From assembly GCA_951406725.2 (NCBI GenBank), contig OX597827.1:64480001-64544000 (forward strand): a DNA stretch of 64,000 bases. The letters are read 5' to 3'. Shown here piece after piece: positions 13,181-30,000 of the stretch. Within the stretch, counting starts at the first letter, position 1. The number at the start of each line of letters is the position of its first letter. The position numbers were made by a program, and so were the translations under genes. This DNA comes from Octopus vulgaris. Taxonomy: Eukaryota. The notes under the pieces are model-generated. The model was given only the letters and a program-made list of their open reading frames with translations, made no database searches and was not told the DNA's origin.

Positions 13181-13524
13181 GTCTATATCTATCTATCTAT
13201 CTATATATATATATGAAATTAAACAATAATATCTAATTTTATCTTAATCTAATATAAAGTAACACGCTATATGTTTCGCTAATCTCCGTGCATTTTCTGA
13301 GTTAGTGTTCGTAAATCACAGTAAAGCTCCCTTTTGAAATTCAAAGCCACACCAGCAACTACATCTACAATGACAATCAAATTCATTTTAATCTAATAAA
13401 TCAAATATAAATCTATATAATGGTATGACAGGCTTTCATATTACTGGGTTAGCCTCAGAGCACACGGACTCCATATCTTCCATGTTCGCAACATCTTTTC
13501 TGCGTAATGTAGAAAATATCTACT

Positions 13525-13980
13525 GCGGTGGCGAGCTGGCAGAATCGTTACCGCACCGGGCAAAAATGTTTATCGGCATTTCGTCGGTCTTTAGGTCCTG
13601 AGTTCGAATTCCGCCAAGTTCGTCTTTGTCTTTAATCCTTTCGGAGTCGATTAAACAAGTACCTATTTCTTTATTACCCACAAGAGGCTAAACACAGAGG
13701 GGACAAACAAGGACAGACATAGGTATTAAGTCGATTACATCGACCCCAGTGCGTAACTGATACTTAATTTATCGACTCCGAAAGGATGAGAAGGCAAAGT
13801 CGACCTCGGCGGAATTTGAACTCACAACGTAATGCAGACGAAATACCGCTTAGCATTTCGCCCGGCGTGCTAACGTTTCTGCCTGCTCGATTAAACAAGT
13901 ACCAGTTGAATACTGGTGTCGATGTAATCAACTTAAATCCCTTCTGAAATTGCTGGCCTTTCGCCAAAATTTGAACCTAC
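13525..13980. mobile_element. Young SINE-B (13664-13886, minus) inserted into an older SINE-B (plus)
   Basis: 17-bp TSD TCGATTAAACAAGTACC at 13647-13663 and 13887-13903. Confidence 0.9.
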
Positions 13981-14315
13981 TAAAGGGAATATATATTATC
14001 AGCGTTGCCCAAACGTTGTTAACTTCAAGTCAAGAAATCACTCTAAGGTTGGGACCAATGTACCATATGCCTTCATAAAAGGAATATTGATGTTATAGGA
14101 CATGCTAACTATATATTAATTATAAACTAAGAGGAATAATATAGGTTTTAAAAGTATTTAGTGTTAATTCATACATGATATTATAGTTTCTTAATTTAAT
14201 TTAATTCTTTATATTATGCAGCTGAGGATTGCTCTGCGTTTAAATTGATGTAATGGTTGCATTGTTCAATTAAATGGAGTCGCTTGAAACGATCGTACTG
14301 CATTACCCTGGATAT

Positions 14316-14390
<75 letters not shown>

Positions 14391-14393
<3 letters not shown>

Positions 14394-14536
14394 TGCAGGC
14401 ATGGCTGTGTGGTAAGGTGCTTGCTTCCCAACCACATGGTTCCGGATTCAGTGCCAATGCGTGGTTCCTTGGGCAAGTGTCTTCTACTATAGCCTCAGGA
14501 CGACCAAAGCCTTTTGAGTAGATTTGGCAGTCGGAA
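14391..14536 (+). mobile_element. SINE family A, 5' half
   Basis: Matches the 10801 copy. Further partial copies at 15440-15600 (-), 15720-15945 (+), 32713-32866 (+), 35930-36092 (+), 56783-56948 (-) and 59600-59767 (-). Confidence 0.85.
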
Positions 14537-14686
14537 ACTGAAAGAAGACCGTCGTATATTTATATAATATAATAGTGTATAAGAATTTATATACTGAGAG
14601 GAGACAACCATGTGGATTCCTTACATGCTAGTGAGGACATCCAAAACCCAAGTCACGAAAAAAACATTCTTACTTCTGATTCATTC

Positions 14687-14946
14687 AAGTGAGCAGGACA
14701 CTTGAATGAATCAAAATTTCAATTAACTCTATACCCATGACTTCCACCATTAATGATCAAATAAATCAATTAATTAGTCAATTAGTTGATTAATTAACCA
14801 TCTGTGGGTCGTCAGTAGAGTCGCTGGAAAATGCATAATTATGAATTGACTAATTGACTAATTAACTAATTTATTTGATCGTTGATGGTGAAACTCATAG
14901 GTACAGAGTTGAGAGATTTTTACCCATTCAAGTGGCCCGCTCGCTT
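14687..14946. mobile_element. Diverged MITE/foldback element with ~110-bp inverted arms
   Basis: AAGTGAGCAGGACACTTGAATG..GATCAAATAAATCAATTAATTAGTCAATTAG is mirrored by CTAATTGACTAATTAACTAATTTATTTGATC..CATTCAAGTGGCCCGCTCGCTT. Confidence 0.7.
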
Positions 14947-15615
14947 ACAAGCAACGTGCAATAAGAACGTTTAAGAGTGAGAGAAAGTTGTGGTGAGAGA
15001 GTACAGCAGGGATCATCACCACCCCTTGCCGGAGCCACGTGGAGATTTTTAAGTGTTTTCGCTCAATAAACACTCACAGCGCCCGGTCTGGGAATTGAAA
15101 TTGCGATCCTGCGACCGCTAGTCCGCTGCCTTAACCACCGGGTCATTGCGCCTTCACAATAAAGAAATAAATATAAAACAAAGGACGTCGTCGCGTCGTT
15201 GTGTGTACACATTGTTTGTATAAGTAGAAAGATTTTTTTATGTGGACCCATGGTTCATTCTGTGAAGGAACCAACTTCATCCCTGTGCTGATAGAGGGAG
15301 GGAAAGTGTGAAAGTGCCTTTAAAATTGGAGAGTGTCATAAGTCTATTCTTGCACGTCACTCAAACACACACACACACACACACACACACGATTACTCAT
15401 ATATATGCATATACATACACAACACATACATTTATATAAGATGGGCTTCTATCAGTTTCCGTTTACTAACTCCCCTCACAAGGGTTTGGTTGGCCCATGG
15501 TTATAGTAAAAGACACTTACCCAAGGAGCCACACAGATGGACTGAACCTGGAACCAAGTGGTTGAGAAGCAAAGTTCTTACCACACAGCCACGCCTGTGC
15601 TTTCATACATAGATA

Positions 15616-15646
<31 letters not shown>

Positions 15647-16447
15647 CTTTGCGTTTGTACCCCATATATACGTGTGCGTGTGTGTGTATGTGTACGGGTC
15701 TAAGTGAGGGTATGTGCGTATTTGTCTGTGTCTGTGCGTAGCACTTCCTACGAAATGACGACCGGTGATGGTTTACCTATGTCTCCGTAACTTAGCGGTT
15801 CGTGGCACAAAGGATCGATAGTATACCGGACTTAAAAACAGAAAATTATGGGGTCGGTGTACCTCGACAAAACCCTTCGAATCAGAGTCCACGCTTGGCC
15901 GCAGTCCAATGGCTACCGAAATAAATTTTAAAAGTGGAAGAGTAACAGAGAGGACCAAGGTGTTTCATATTTTCACTAACTCCTGTACATCAACAGTATC
16001 TTCTTTTCTGAAACCGGAGTAAAACTACAATCTCAACCAGCAGCAAGCAGTTTCGAAGAAATTACAGAAAAACCACAATACAAAACCGCAAAAGCAACAA
16101 CATTCAACAACAAGACAAACAATATTTAAGCTTAATCTTAACATCTCTCTGTCTTTCTTTCATTCTTTCAATCTTTCTTTCTTTCTCTCTCTCTCAAAGA
16201 CAAACACACACACTCACACATACACACACACAGACAGAAAGTAAAAAGAAAAAGAAAAACAAGCCGAAGAAAAATAAAAACAAAATCAAAAACAGAAACG
16301 CCAGCATCTTTTCAGTAACCACGGTACATTCAGTGAGAATTGCTTTTTCGCTTTTCTACTTTTTATGTCACCTATAAATTATTAGTGACACGCGAACGTA
16401 GCCCACGGCTTCAGTTCCATTGCGAATTAAGTGTTTATTGTCATGCC

Positions 16448-19980
<3,533 letters not shown>

Positions 19981-19982
19981 AT

Positions 19983-20230
19983 AAAGTTAATCCAAACATG
20001 AAAACACAACGAGAAAACACAAGAACGCGAGGACGTGGAACAAATATAGTATTATTGGACGTTCAGGAAGGAAGGGAAGAAGGAGGGTTTAACGTTTTGA
20101 GCGGAGCTCTTCGTCGGAAACATAGGAGAAGGAAAGATCCCGAGAAGGGAAGACAGAGGACAAAAAAAAAGTGGAAGTAGAAGAAGAAAGGTAAAAAGAG
20201 GACGAGGAAAAAAGTGGAAGAGTCACGGAC
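19983..20230 (-). mobile_element. Penelope pLTR-like repeat with degenerate minimal hammerhead
   Basis: Homologous to 39432-39643; minus strand CCGACGA-A-GAGC-TCC-GCTC-AAAACGTTAAA has two core substitutions. Confidence 0.65.
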
Positions 20231-21090
20231 AAATTTTTTTGATTTCCAATCACTATTACAATATATATATTTAGGCGCAGGAGTGGCTGTGTGGTAAATA
20301 GTTTGCTTACGGCTACGCATTTCGGCCGGCGTGCTAACGTTTCTGCCAGCTCGCCGCCTTTTTCGTCCAGCTCACCGCCTTCTGTCGCAGTAACTGTTTC
20401 TAATACAATGACAATTCGTTGTACTACTTTAGACACAAGACCTGAAAGTTCTTTCACGATCCTCCAAGGTGTGCTCGGTAACCACTCGAAGAAGATTGAA
20501 AGAACCCTCCCACCCCCCAAAAAACGATATGTAAACATCGCAAGACGCGCAAAATCTAAACGTAATTAGCCATGCGAGTTCCAGTTCCCTAAGCAGAGTT
20601 TATTACATTTCCGAACAAAGAGTATGCAGATGGTCCCATTCACCTGGTTGGATTACAGAGTTTCACACTTCACTAAATTACTTCCAAAACTGTTGTGTCT
20701 GGGGAGAGTAATTTTCTTTTTGGACCTTATAATTTTACACACTCACCGGTAAAATTTCCACTTATATCTTATTTTTATTTTCCTAAAATTTTCGTTGCGT
20801 CTTGCAAGCTTTGAAAAGGCAACGAAAATTATGCTTCAACGCACGAACTCAAATAAAGAATCTTGCAAACCAAATCCAAAAACGAAATAACAAAAACTGA
20901 TTTTGGTGAATTTTTCCAAAACGTATTTTGATTAATTAAAACAGGTTTGATGATGTTTTTTTTCAATTTTTTTCTAGAACGGTCTGTTAATCACCAGAGT
21001 TGAATGAGTCATATAAAACATCTTTTACTCTTAGCATTTTTGAGAAAAACTTATATTTACGAAGTTATTTCACGTTAATGTTCTCGTATT

Positions 21091-21396
21091 TCGGTAATTT
21101 CAACCAATCAATGACGTGTATTCAGCTGAATAAAATCACTGCTGTTGTTTGTCAACAACAACTTCCGGCGGTGTATATTTAGTTTGTTACTGTTATTTAT
21201 GACAATCCTAACCCTAAAACCCTAACCCTAACCCTAAAACTCTAACCCTAAAACCTTAAAACCAGTACAAACGCACGAATGATGTCATAAATAACAGTGA
21301 CAAACGAAAAATACACCACCGATAGTTGTTGTTGACAAACAATGGCAGTGATTTTATTCAGCTGAATACACGTCATTGATTGGTTGAAATAACCGA
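21091..21396. repeat. 114-bp inverted arms enclosing telomere-like (CCCTAA/CCCTAAAA)n; probably the interior of a non-autonomous DNA transposon
   Basis: Arms 21091-21204 and 21283-21396 are reverse complements with several mismatches; repeats at 21207-21263. Confidence 0.8.
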
Positions 21397-21407
21397 TAAG
21401 ATTCTCG

Positions 21408-21574
21408 AGAATCTTTAACCTTTTGACCTACAGATTAAAAAGAAAATTTTTTTGTAACTAAACACTTAGTTAAAGACGTATTATATGACAAATTCTACCA
21501 GTATCCGAAGTTTGAAAGTGTTTAGTTACAAAAAAATTATTTTAAAAATCTGTCGGTCAAAAGGTAAAGATCCT
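21408..21574. mobile_element. MITE with ~60-bp TIRs
   Basis: AGAATCTTTAACCTTTTGACC..GTAACTAAACACTT versus AAGTGTTTAGTTAC..GGTCAAAAGGTAAAGATCCT; flanked by the direct repeat TTCTCG. Confidence 0.8.
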
Positions 21575-21956
21575 TTCTCGAGGAGACGAAAACTGCAGCT
21601 TAGAAGTCTTTCGAAATTATATATGCTTTAATGTGTATAAGATAGATTGCTAATAAACAAATTAATCACTTTCCATTCCTGTTTGTGTTTCCTTTTTTAG
21701 ATTCGTTGTTCCTGAAGTCTTTTATTTTTGTTTCATTATAGATTTTTCTTTTCATTGACTCAATTTGACTAGTAATTATTTTATCTAACACAAAGGGAAG
21801 AAATATAAAATTAATATTGTGAGGTGTAGGTAGGTTGATCTAATACGATCTACACGGAGAGGTTAATGAATAAATATACACCACAAGATATTAATTCATT
21901 CTTCGTTTTCCTGTGTTTTTCGTTTGTCAATCTACCGACCTACATATTCCACCAGA

Positions 21957-22029
<73 letters not shown>

Positions 22030-22213
22030 ACTGTAACGATTGCTACTATAACAGCTACTACTACAACCACTACTACAACTGTTGCTATTATAACAGAAAC
22101 TACTACTATTACTCCTACTCCTCCTCCTCCTCTTCCTCCTCCAACTACTACTACTGCTACTGCTGCTGCTGCTGCTGCTGTTACTGCTGCTGTCACTGTT
22201 GCTGGTGCTACTG

Positions 22214-22256
<43 letters not shown>

Positions 22257-22299
22257 AATTACTACTAGTACTACTATTACAACAACAACAACAACAACA

Positions 22300-22340
<41 letters not shown>

Positions 22341-22492
22341 CACAACTGCTGTTACTGCTGTTGTCACTGTTGCTACTACTACTACTACTACTACTACAAT
22401 TACTACTAGTACTACTATTACAACAACAACTACTACTACTACCACAACTGTTGTTACTGCTGCTGCTGTTACTGTTACTGTCGCTGCTGCTG

Positions 22493-22546
<54 letters not shown>

Positions 22547-22578
22547 TTACTACTACTACTATTACTACTACTACTACT
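21957..22578. repeat. (ACT/GCT/ACA)n trinucleotide array
   Basis: Directly visible; contains a higher-order internal duplication. Confidence 0.95.
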
Positions 22579-23034
22579 TTCTTACTCAAGCACAATATAC
22601 TACACATCTTAAAGAAGGGAATCATTTTATTCTGAAATGCTCCATTTGAATTAAGAGTAATTTACTATGGCTGCATGAAACGATGTTTTATTGAACAAAC
22701 GGTAAAAATTTAATTACATTTATTGTGGAAATGTAATTACAAAGATTAAAATAAGAAATGAATATGTAAAAATCACCATTTATTGACATATCTATATCTG
22801 TTTATATGTTCATATGTATGTCTGTGTGTGTATGTACACACGCATGCATTCATACACATGCAGATACACACACACAGATACAAACACATGCACATAATAC
22901 TTACATATATGTATGTGTGTGTATATATATATGTGTGTGTGTGTATGCATGTATGTATGCATATATGTATGTATGTATGTTTGTATGTATGTATGTATGT
23001 ATGTATGTATGTATGTATATATATATATATGTAT

Positions 23035-23888
23035 ATACACGGATCAATAAATATCCGTGTTACTGCCATAGTAACGAAGCTAAAGCACGCAGAGTTCACC
23101 TTGAACTCTGCTTTACATGCGAACTAAGTTTTAGCGTCCACTGTTTACAGCAATGCATGGAAGGAAAGTGTGTAGTGTGTGATCGTCGCATTGACCATAA
23201 CAGAGAAAGTTATCATGGTAATACCTGCTCAGAGGCCTACTCAAAGATGCAGAAAGTGTATGGAGAGGAGTGTACACAAGTGTAGGAGTGGTTCAGACGT
23301 TTTCAAGATGGCCGAAAAAATGTCGCTATTGACGAACGTTCTGGGAGACCCGCAACCAGCAAAACTGAAAAATACATCGCAGATGTGCGTGCAGCTGTGA
23401 AGGGAAATCGTCGAATCCCCATCTGAGTTATCAGAGGATTTGTAGAATAGTTACGGCTCAGTTCAACTCACTATCACTGTTAGATTTGGGTATGAAATGC
23501 GTGTCTGCCAAGTTTGTGCTATAACTGCTTTCAGATGACCGGAAAGACACTTGGGTTTCAGTTACGCAAGATCTTCATTGAGTCGAGAACGATGAAATCA
23601 TTTTGAAAACATCGCAAAGGCCACTGATCAGACATCGCCAAGTTTCTAGCACAGTTTGATGCAGATTATCTGCTCAACTTTCTTTGTCATGGTCAATGCG
23701 ACAGTCACACGCTACACACGTTTCTTCCAAGCACTGCCGTAAACAGCGGTAGTAAGCTAGAGCGTTAACATTTAGTGCACATGCACAGAGCAGAGTTTAT
23801 GGCCAATCTGAGCCAAGCGGCTTCACTCCCTGTGCTTTAGTTTCGTTACTATAGTAACAATCCGGATACTTATTGATCAACCCACGTA
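23035..23888 (+). mobile_element. Mariner deletion derivative with both TIRs
   Basis: TIRs GATCAATAAATATCCG..ATAGTAACGAAGCTAAAGCAC and its reverse complement at 23833-23888. N-terminal HTH peptide SEAYSKMQKVYGEEC..V*EWFRRFQDGRKNVAIDERSGRP..LGMKCVSAKFV; catalytic domain missing. Confidence 0.9.
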
Positions 23889-23890
23889 TG

Positions 23891-23937
<47 letters not shown>

Positions 23938-24140
23938 ATATATGTATGTATAAATGTAAGAGAAGGCATATATAGTACTTCGTTATTAAAATAAATTAAC
24001 CATAGACCTTACATACACACACAGTAATATACGCAGATACACTTATACATACATGCACATATATCTATGTACATACATGCATACGTACGTACATATCTAT
24101 ACACATATATATCTCTGTATGGATAGTATATATACGTATC

Positions 24141-24174
<34 letters not shown>

Positions 24175-24184
24175 TGTATGTATG

Positions 24185-24223
<39 letters not shown>

Positions 24224-24789
24224 ATGCTCATATGTGTTTGTGTGTGTGTGTGAGCGTATGTGTGTGTGCGTGTGTGTGTATACATACATACATCCATATA
24301 TATATACACATATATACAAATGCACACATTTGATATATACATATATGTGTGTATACACACACGCACATATATATATATATATGTATACACACATATATAC
24401 ACGCACATTTGATATAGATATATATGCACACACACACATAAATATACATACACATATACATACACATATATAAATATGTGTATATATGTATATTATATAT
24501 ATATGTATGTATTATGTATAGTGTGTATACACGCCCACAACACAAGCGTGCAGAACTGTGGTGTACACAACACTTCAATTTGGAAGTAGTTGCCAATGAA
24601 ATTGACATATTTGTCATTGACAACAGTATGTCAATATGGCCGAACTGGTTTGAACTTAATCCTGAATAGACTCTTTCACCTTGTATTATCTTATACATTA
24701 CTTATATCTCCTACACATTCATGTTTTAATGGAAATCTTTCAGTCTTGAGATTATCTCCCCTTCTTGAGTACAGGCTGGCGTGGTTGCC

Positions 24790-26100
24790 ATTGCCCTCTG
24801 CCCTCCAACCCACGCCTAACTACCAACAGTTTGTGTCCTCTACTATCCATAACCTCATTTCCTTTTCCCGTCTCCCCCACTGCTTCCAACCTCATTGTCC
24901 ACACTCTACGCACCCCGCATTTTACTTCCTTCCCCAAATCCACAAGTCCAACAACTCTGGCCGCCCCATCATCTCAGCCTGCAACTGCCCTACGGAATTG
25001 ATATCTAAGTACCTCGACCGTGTCCTTGCCCTCCTAGTGGCTTCATTCCCCTTCCACATCCACGACACTAACCATGCTCTCCGATTCTTTAACTCTTTCT
25101 CCTTTCCTTCAGGTTCTTCTAAACTTCTCTTCACTCTTGATAGCAAGACTATATACGCTGATCTCACCCAACGAAGGACTTCTTGCATTAAAATATTTTC
25201 TGGACCTTCGACCCAACCTCCAACCTGACACCTCCACACTTCTTCGTCTGGCCGAACTTGTTCTTTCCCTCAACTGCTTCTAGTTCGCGGGGTTTTTTTT
25301 ACCAACACGCCTCGGGAGTGGCCATGAGAACGAGAATGGGCCCCAACTATGCGAACTTGTTCGTTGGCTACATTGAGGACCAAATATTCTCACGATTCAC
25401 AGGTTCCACTCCCGAATTATATGGTCGTTATATCGATGACTGTATCGGTGCGACCTCACTCTCCCGCGAACGACTAGACTGCTCTCTCTCTTTTGTCCGA
25501 TCCTTCAGTCCTGCCCTCGAATTCTCCGCACTATTTCTAACTCTTCCGTCGCATTTCTTGACATTTCTGTTAGTATACACCACTTCGCTCTCACTACCTC
25601 AATCCACTACAAAGACACCGACTCACACTCGTGCCTCAACTTCTCCTCCTCCTTCTCCCTCCCTACCAACACCAAGCTCTCCATCCCCTACTCTCAATTC
25701 CTCAGTCCGTGCAGTCTCTGAAGTGCAACCATGACTTGAGACTCAATCTCAACTCATGGCTCGCCACTTCATCCTTCGTGGATATCCCCTCACCACTATC
25801 CACACTACCCTTACCAGAGCACGTCCACGGAGAGTGCCTCTGTTCTTTCTCCCCACCCCACCCCGGCGTTACCCGTCTCCTATTTCCTCTCACCTATCAC
25901 ACCTCTACCCTGCCCCCACCAGAACACCCCCGAGACATCAGACACGGCAATGACACCCCGGTCTCGCATCATATCCGCTCTACCGGTCATTCACTAAAAC
26001 ATCTGTCTGTGTTCGCTTGTCTTTGCACAGGAGCCATCCGGATCCCGCCTTCGCCGTGAACAGTAATTAATCTTCTCTCTTCGCTCCTTTTTACCACATG
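24790..26100 (+). pseudogene. Penelope-like element (probably Neptune-type) reverse transcriptase plus partial GIY-YIG endonuclease, frameshifted
   Basis: FYFLPQIHK..GRPIISACNCPTE, LFTLD..LYT, GVAMRTRMGPNYANLFVG, RYIDD (25429-25440), FLDISV, HYKDTDSH, IPYSQF, EH.RDIR..DTPVSHH..GHS. Confidence 0.9.
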
Positions 26101-26204
26101 AGTCATGAGTTCAACTCCCCTCTTCTCTTCATCAGCAAATGCGCCATTCATCGATACACTTACATTTTCATTTCCGTTTGCTCATTCACAATTACGCCAG
26201 TTAA

Positions 26205-26690
26205 TTCTTCTTCTTCTTCTTCTTCTTCTTCTTCTTCTTCTTCTTCTTCTTCTTCTTCTTCTTCTTCTTCTTCTTCTTCTTCTTCTTCTTCTTCACCTTC
26301 ACCTTCTTCTTCTTCTTGTTGTTCTTCTTCTTCTTCTTCTTCTTCTTCTTCATCATCATCATCATCATCATATTCCTCTTCTTCTTCTTCTTCTTCTTCT
26401 TCTTCTTCTCCTCCCTCTTCTTCTTCTTCTTCTTCTTCTTCTCGACTTCTTCTTCTTCTTCTTCTTCACCTTCTTCTTCTTGTTCTTCCTCTTCTCCTTC
26501 TTCTTCTTCTTCTTCTTCTTGTTCTTGTTCTTGTTCTTTTTCTTGTTCTTCCTCTTCTCCTTCTTCTTCTTCGTGTTCTTCCTCTTCTCCTTCTTCTTCT
26601 TCTTCTTGTTCATTTTCTTCTTCTTCTTCTTCTTCTTTTACTTCTTCTTCTTTTACTTCTTCTTCTTCCCCTTCCCCTCCTCCTCCAACT
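26205..26690. repeat. (CTT)n polypyrimidine tract
   Basis: Directly visible. Confidence 0.95.
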
Positions 26691-27353
26691 TCACTCCTAA
26701 ATCCCCTTTCACATCTGTTTAAAAATCTTCACTTTCCAATCCCCCCCACCACCCAACCCGCCCACCCACCATCTCACATATTTCCTTACACTTCCTTCAA
26801 ACAATTCTTCAATTCCATTTTCGTATTCATTCCGCTCACTTCAGTCTCACTTCAGTCCCACACATTCCCTTGCCGCTAACGCCGACACCGACGCCGACAC
26901 CGACGCCGAAAACTCTTACAATATAATTCGCCATTGTTTCTACGAGATTGTTTTTACAACTAAATATAGAACGCATGTAAAATCTGAAATCTTATGAGTT
27001 GACCGCTCGTTAGCAACGCATAGCTTCGGATTTGTTCAGTTATTGCAGATCAGGCATTAAGAAGACTTTTCTTGAGAAAGCATCTAGTTAAAACTTCACT
27101 GCTTTATATGGCGTATTAATCTTCTGGGTATAAAAGAAACGCATCAGAAATCAAAAGCGCTTTACAGAAATAAAGGACGGTTTATCTTTGCTAAAAGATA
27201 TGACAACCAATGGGATTTCAAAGGTTTTTCAAATTGAAATCCGCTGCATCGGACATTTATCAAATATTTTTAATATATTTCATAGGTTTTCATAACTCCG
27301 CTATGCCACACGAAACGGAATAACATCATCAGGGACAGACGTTTATCGTAATC

Positions 27354-27389
<36 letters not shown>

Positions 27390-27887
27390 TCACAAAACAT
27401 GCAGTTATTACAGCGTCCCACCACACACACACACACACACACACACGACGACACGATTGTACCATACGCAATACATCTTAACTTCCCCTTTCCACCACCA
27501 CCACCACCACCACCAAACCCACCACCACCACTACCAAAACCACCATCACCATCACCATCACCACCACCACCACCACCACCACCACCACCACCACTACCAC
27601 CACCACAACCACCACAACTACTACAACTATCACGCACAACATACGTCTTCCATCGTCAGAACCACCATACAAGCACATCACACCATAGTACACACACACA
27701 CACACACACACACAGACACAGAGTCACACACACAGAGTCACACAAAGTCACACAGATACAGAGTCACACACACACAACGATACACATACATACGCACATA
27801 AGCGCACTACATGCTGCTACCATCTCCATATTAGATACATATAATTTTTCTCCCAGTCACAGTCAAACTTCAGTCAATAAATTCTCA

Positions 27888-28293
27888 TAGGCGCAGGAGT
27901 GGCTGTGTGGAAAGTAGCTTGCTTACCAACCATATAGTCCCGGGTTCAGTCCCACTGCGTGGCACCTTGGGCAAGTGTCTTCTACTATAGCCTCGGGCCG
28001 ACCAAAGCCTTCTGAGTGGATTTGGTAGACGGACACTGAAAGGAGTCCGTCGTATATATGTATGTATATATATTATTTATATTAAGGGCATTACTATACA
28101 TAAATGCCTCACGCATTTATTATGGTAGTGTTGACTGTAAGAGTCCCTCCTAGCGTGAGGCATATATGTATAGTAATGCCCTTAATATATATAAATATAT
28201 TTAAGACGAATAATGGATGGATTTTTCCCTTATGAGGTTTTTCACGCCAACTACTTGATAAATTCTTATAAAGATGTTATCCTATTTTTCAAT

Positions 28294-28339
<46 letters not shown>

Positions 28340-28597
28340 TGCATGTATGTATGTATGTATGTATGTATGCATGTATGTATGTATGTATGTATGTATGTAT
28401 GTATGTATGTATGTATGTATGTGTGCATATGTTTGTGTGTCTGTGTTTGTCCCTCCAACATCGCTTGACAACCGATGCTGGAGTGTTTACGTCACCGTAA
28501 TTTTGCGGTTCGGCAAAACATACCGATAGAATAAGTACTAGGCTTACAAAGAATAAGTCCTGGGGTCGATTTGTTCGATTAAAGGCGGTGCTCCATG
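27888..28597 (+). mobile_element. SINE family A split by a hairpin-headed insertion
   Basis: 5' half at 27888-28055, 3' half at 28430-28597. Confidence 0.85.
28071..28296 (+). mobile_element. Hairpin-headed (TA)n-inserted repeat, copy 1 (arms ~37 bp)
   Basis: Arms 28078-28114 and 28153-28189, followed by a ~105-bp tail shared with the 59138 copy. Confidence 0.75.
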
Positions 28598-29569
28598 GTT
28601 CTTGTGGGAAACTGGATGAAATTGCAATCGTTGATGGCAAACAGCGACAACTGTGTGGAGGCGCAATGGCCCAGTGGTTAGGGCAGCGGACTCGAGGTTG
28701 CAAGAACGCTGTTTCGATTCCCAGACCGGGCATTGTGAGTATTTATTGAGCAAAAACACCTAAGCTTCACGAAGCTCCGGCGGGGTGGGGTGGGTGGTAT
28801 GAACCCCGCTGTACGCTTTCACCACAACTTTCGTTCACTCTTTCTTCCTACTTCTGCCACAAAGCAGAGGAACCATGGTGTGGTAAACTTTCAGACCCTA
28901 GTCTAGATTGCGAAACCTCTGTACCCCAGAATAGTTCAGCAACAACAACGACAACAGCAAAAGAACCACCACAATAATCATCACCATCACTACTACCACA
29001 ACAAGAACAGCAACAATAACAACTCATCATTCTTAGCTGTCGTTCTGTATAATGGGTAATTCATTCATACGCATCAGCTCCAGGAAAAAGGACCGCGGGA
29101 CTTTATCAAAATTGCTTTTCAAGATACGTGAATAATACGTGCTCTCAGGGTTTCGTATAAACAGGGTCCGTAGTCAGACGGGTCACAGACTTAAGTCTAA
29201 AATATGATCGGAAATAAAGTATCAGGAGAAGAAAAAAAAAAACAAAAAAAAAACAGACAAACAAAAACAGACAAACAAGCAAACAAACGTTAATAGAAAA
29301 ATGTTAGCAATTTCAGTAGAGGAAGAAAATGTCACACGAAAAGATGTCATATTGTTTTTTCAATACAATAATTAAGTTTAAGTAATTAAATATTTAAGTC
29401 GTTTATTAACTGATACTACACAGTTTGTCTAGAAGGACAATACAGTTCTCTTTACTTAATAAAACAATGGAAGATGGGGAAAAGAACATTAAATCAATCT
29501 GCAATTTTTTTTTACCTTAAATGGTGATTAAAAAATAATCAATTTATTGTCAGCCCTTATTTACAGTTA

Positions 29570-29624
<55 letters not shown>

Positions 29625-29665
29625 TATATGTATATATATATATATATATATTATATATACATATA

Positions 29666-29730
<65 letters not shown>

Positions 29731-29734
<4 letters not shown>

Positions 29735-30000
29735 AAGGTCACCAGCCTTCTTCCACACGCACATACATACACTGTTATACATACGTACGCGCACCTTCGT
29801 TTTGGGATCACCACTACTTTATTATCTCCCCCTTCTTCCTAGCTCTCCTGTGTGATCCTTCTGTCTGGCATTCGCCATGATAGATCGCTAGCGACTACAC
29901 ATTCTTTATTTTCTCTCCTTGTTTCTTTCTGTGTTCTTTTTTGTGGAAGAGCGTAGGCTCGAAACATTAAAGACTTTTTCACTTCCCGAGCGTTAAACTA
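29731..30000 (+). mobile_element. pLTR-like repeat with degenerate hammerhead
   Basis: TTGTGGA-A-GAGC-GTAG-GCTC-GAAACATTAAAG at 29941-29972, between (TA)n runs; related to 56960-57090 (-). Confidence 0.5.

Noticed and set aside
16366-16391. Small hairpin TGTCAC..GTGACA, considered as a miRNA precursor
   Set aside because: The stem is too short, and I recognised no conserved bilaterian mature miRNA anywhere in the window.
21207-21263. True telomere or chromosome-fusion site
   Set aside because: Only a few imperfect units in one orientation, inside an inverted repeat.
21913-22635. 240-aa poly-Thr mucin-like ORF
   Set aside because: A trinucleotide microsatellite open on both strands, using almost only ACT/GCT codons, with no signal peptide or convincing splice context.
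26880-27350. Unique stretch with a possible acceptor TTGCAG, considered as a host exon or enhancer
   Set aside because: All three frames stop soon after the AG and there is no recognisable protein; conservation cannot be tested here.
27399-27890. Proline-rich and histidine-rich ORFs
   Set aside because: These are (CAC)n and (AC)n repeats.
28140-28255. HDV-like (CCTCCTAGCG) or hammerhead (CTTATGA) ribozyme in the hairpin-headed family
   Set aside because: The HDV P1/P3 pairings cannot be completed; CTTATGA lacks G5 in all three copies and has no GAAA partner.
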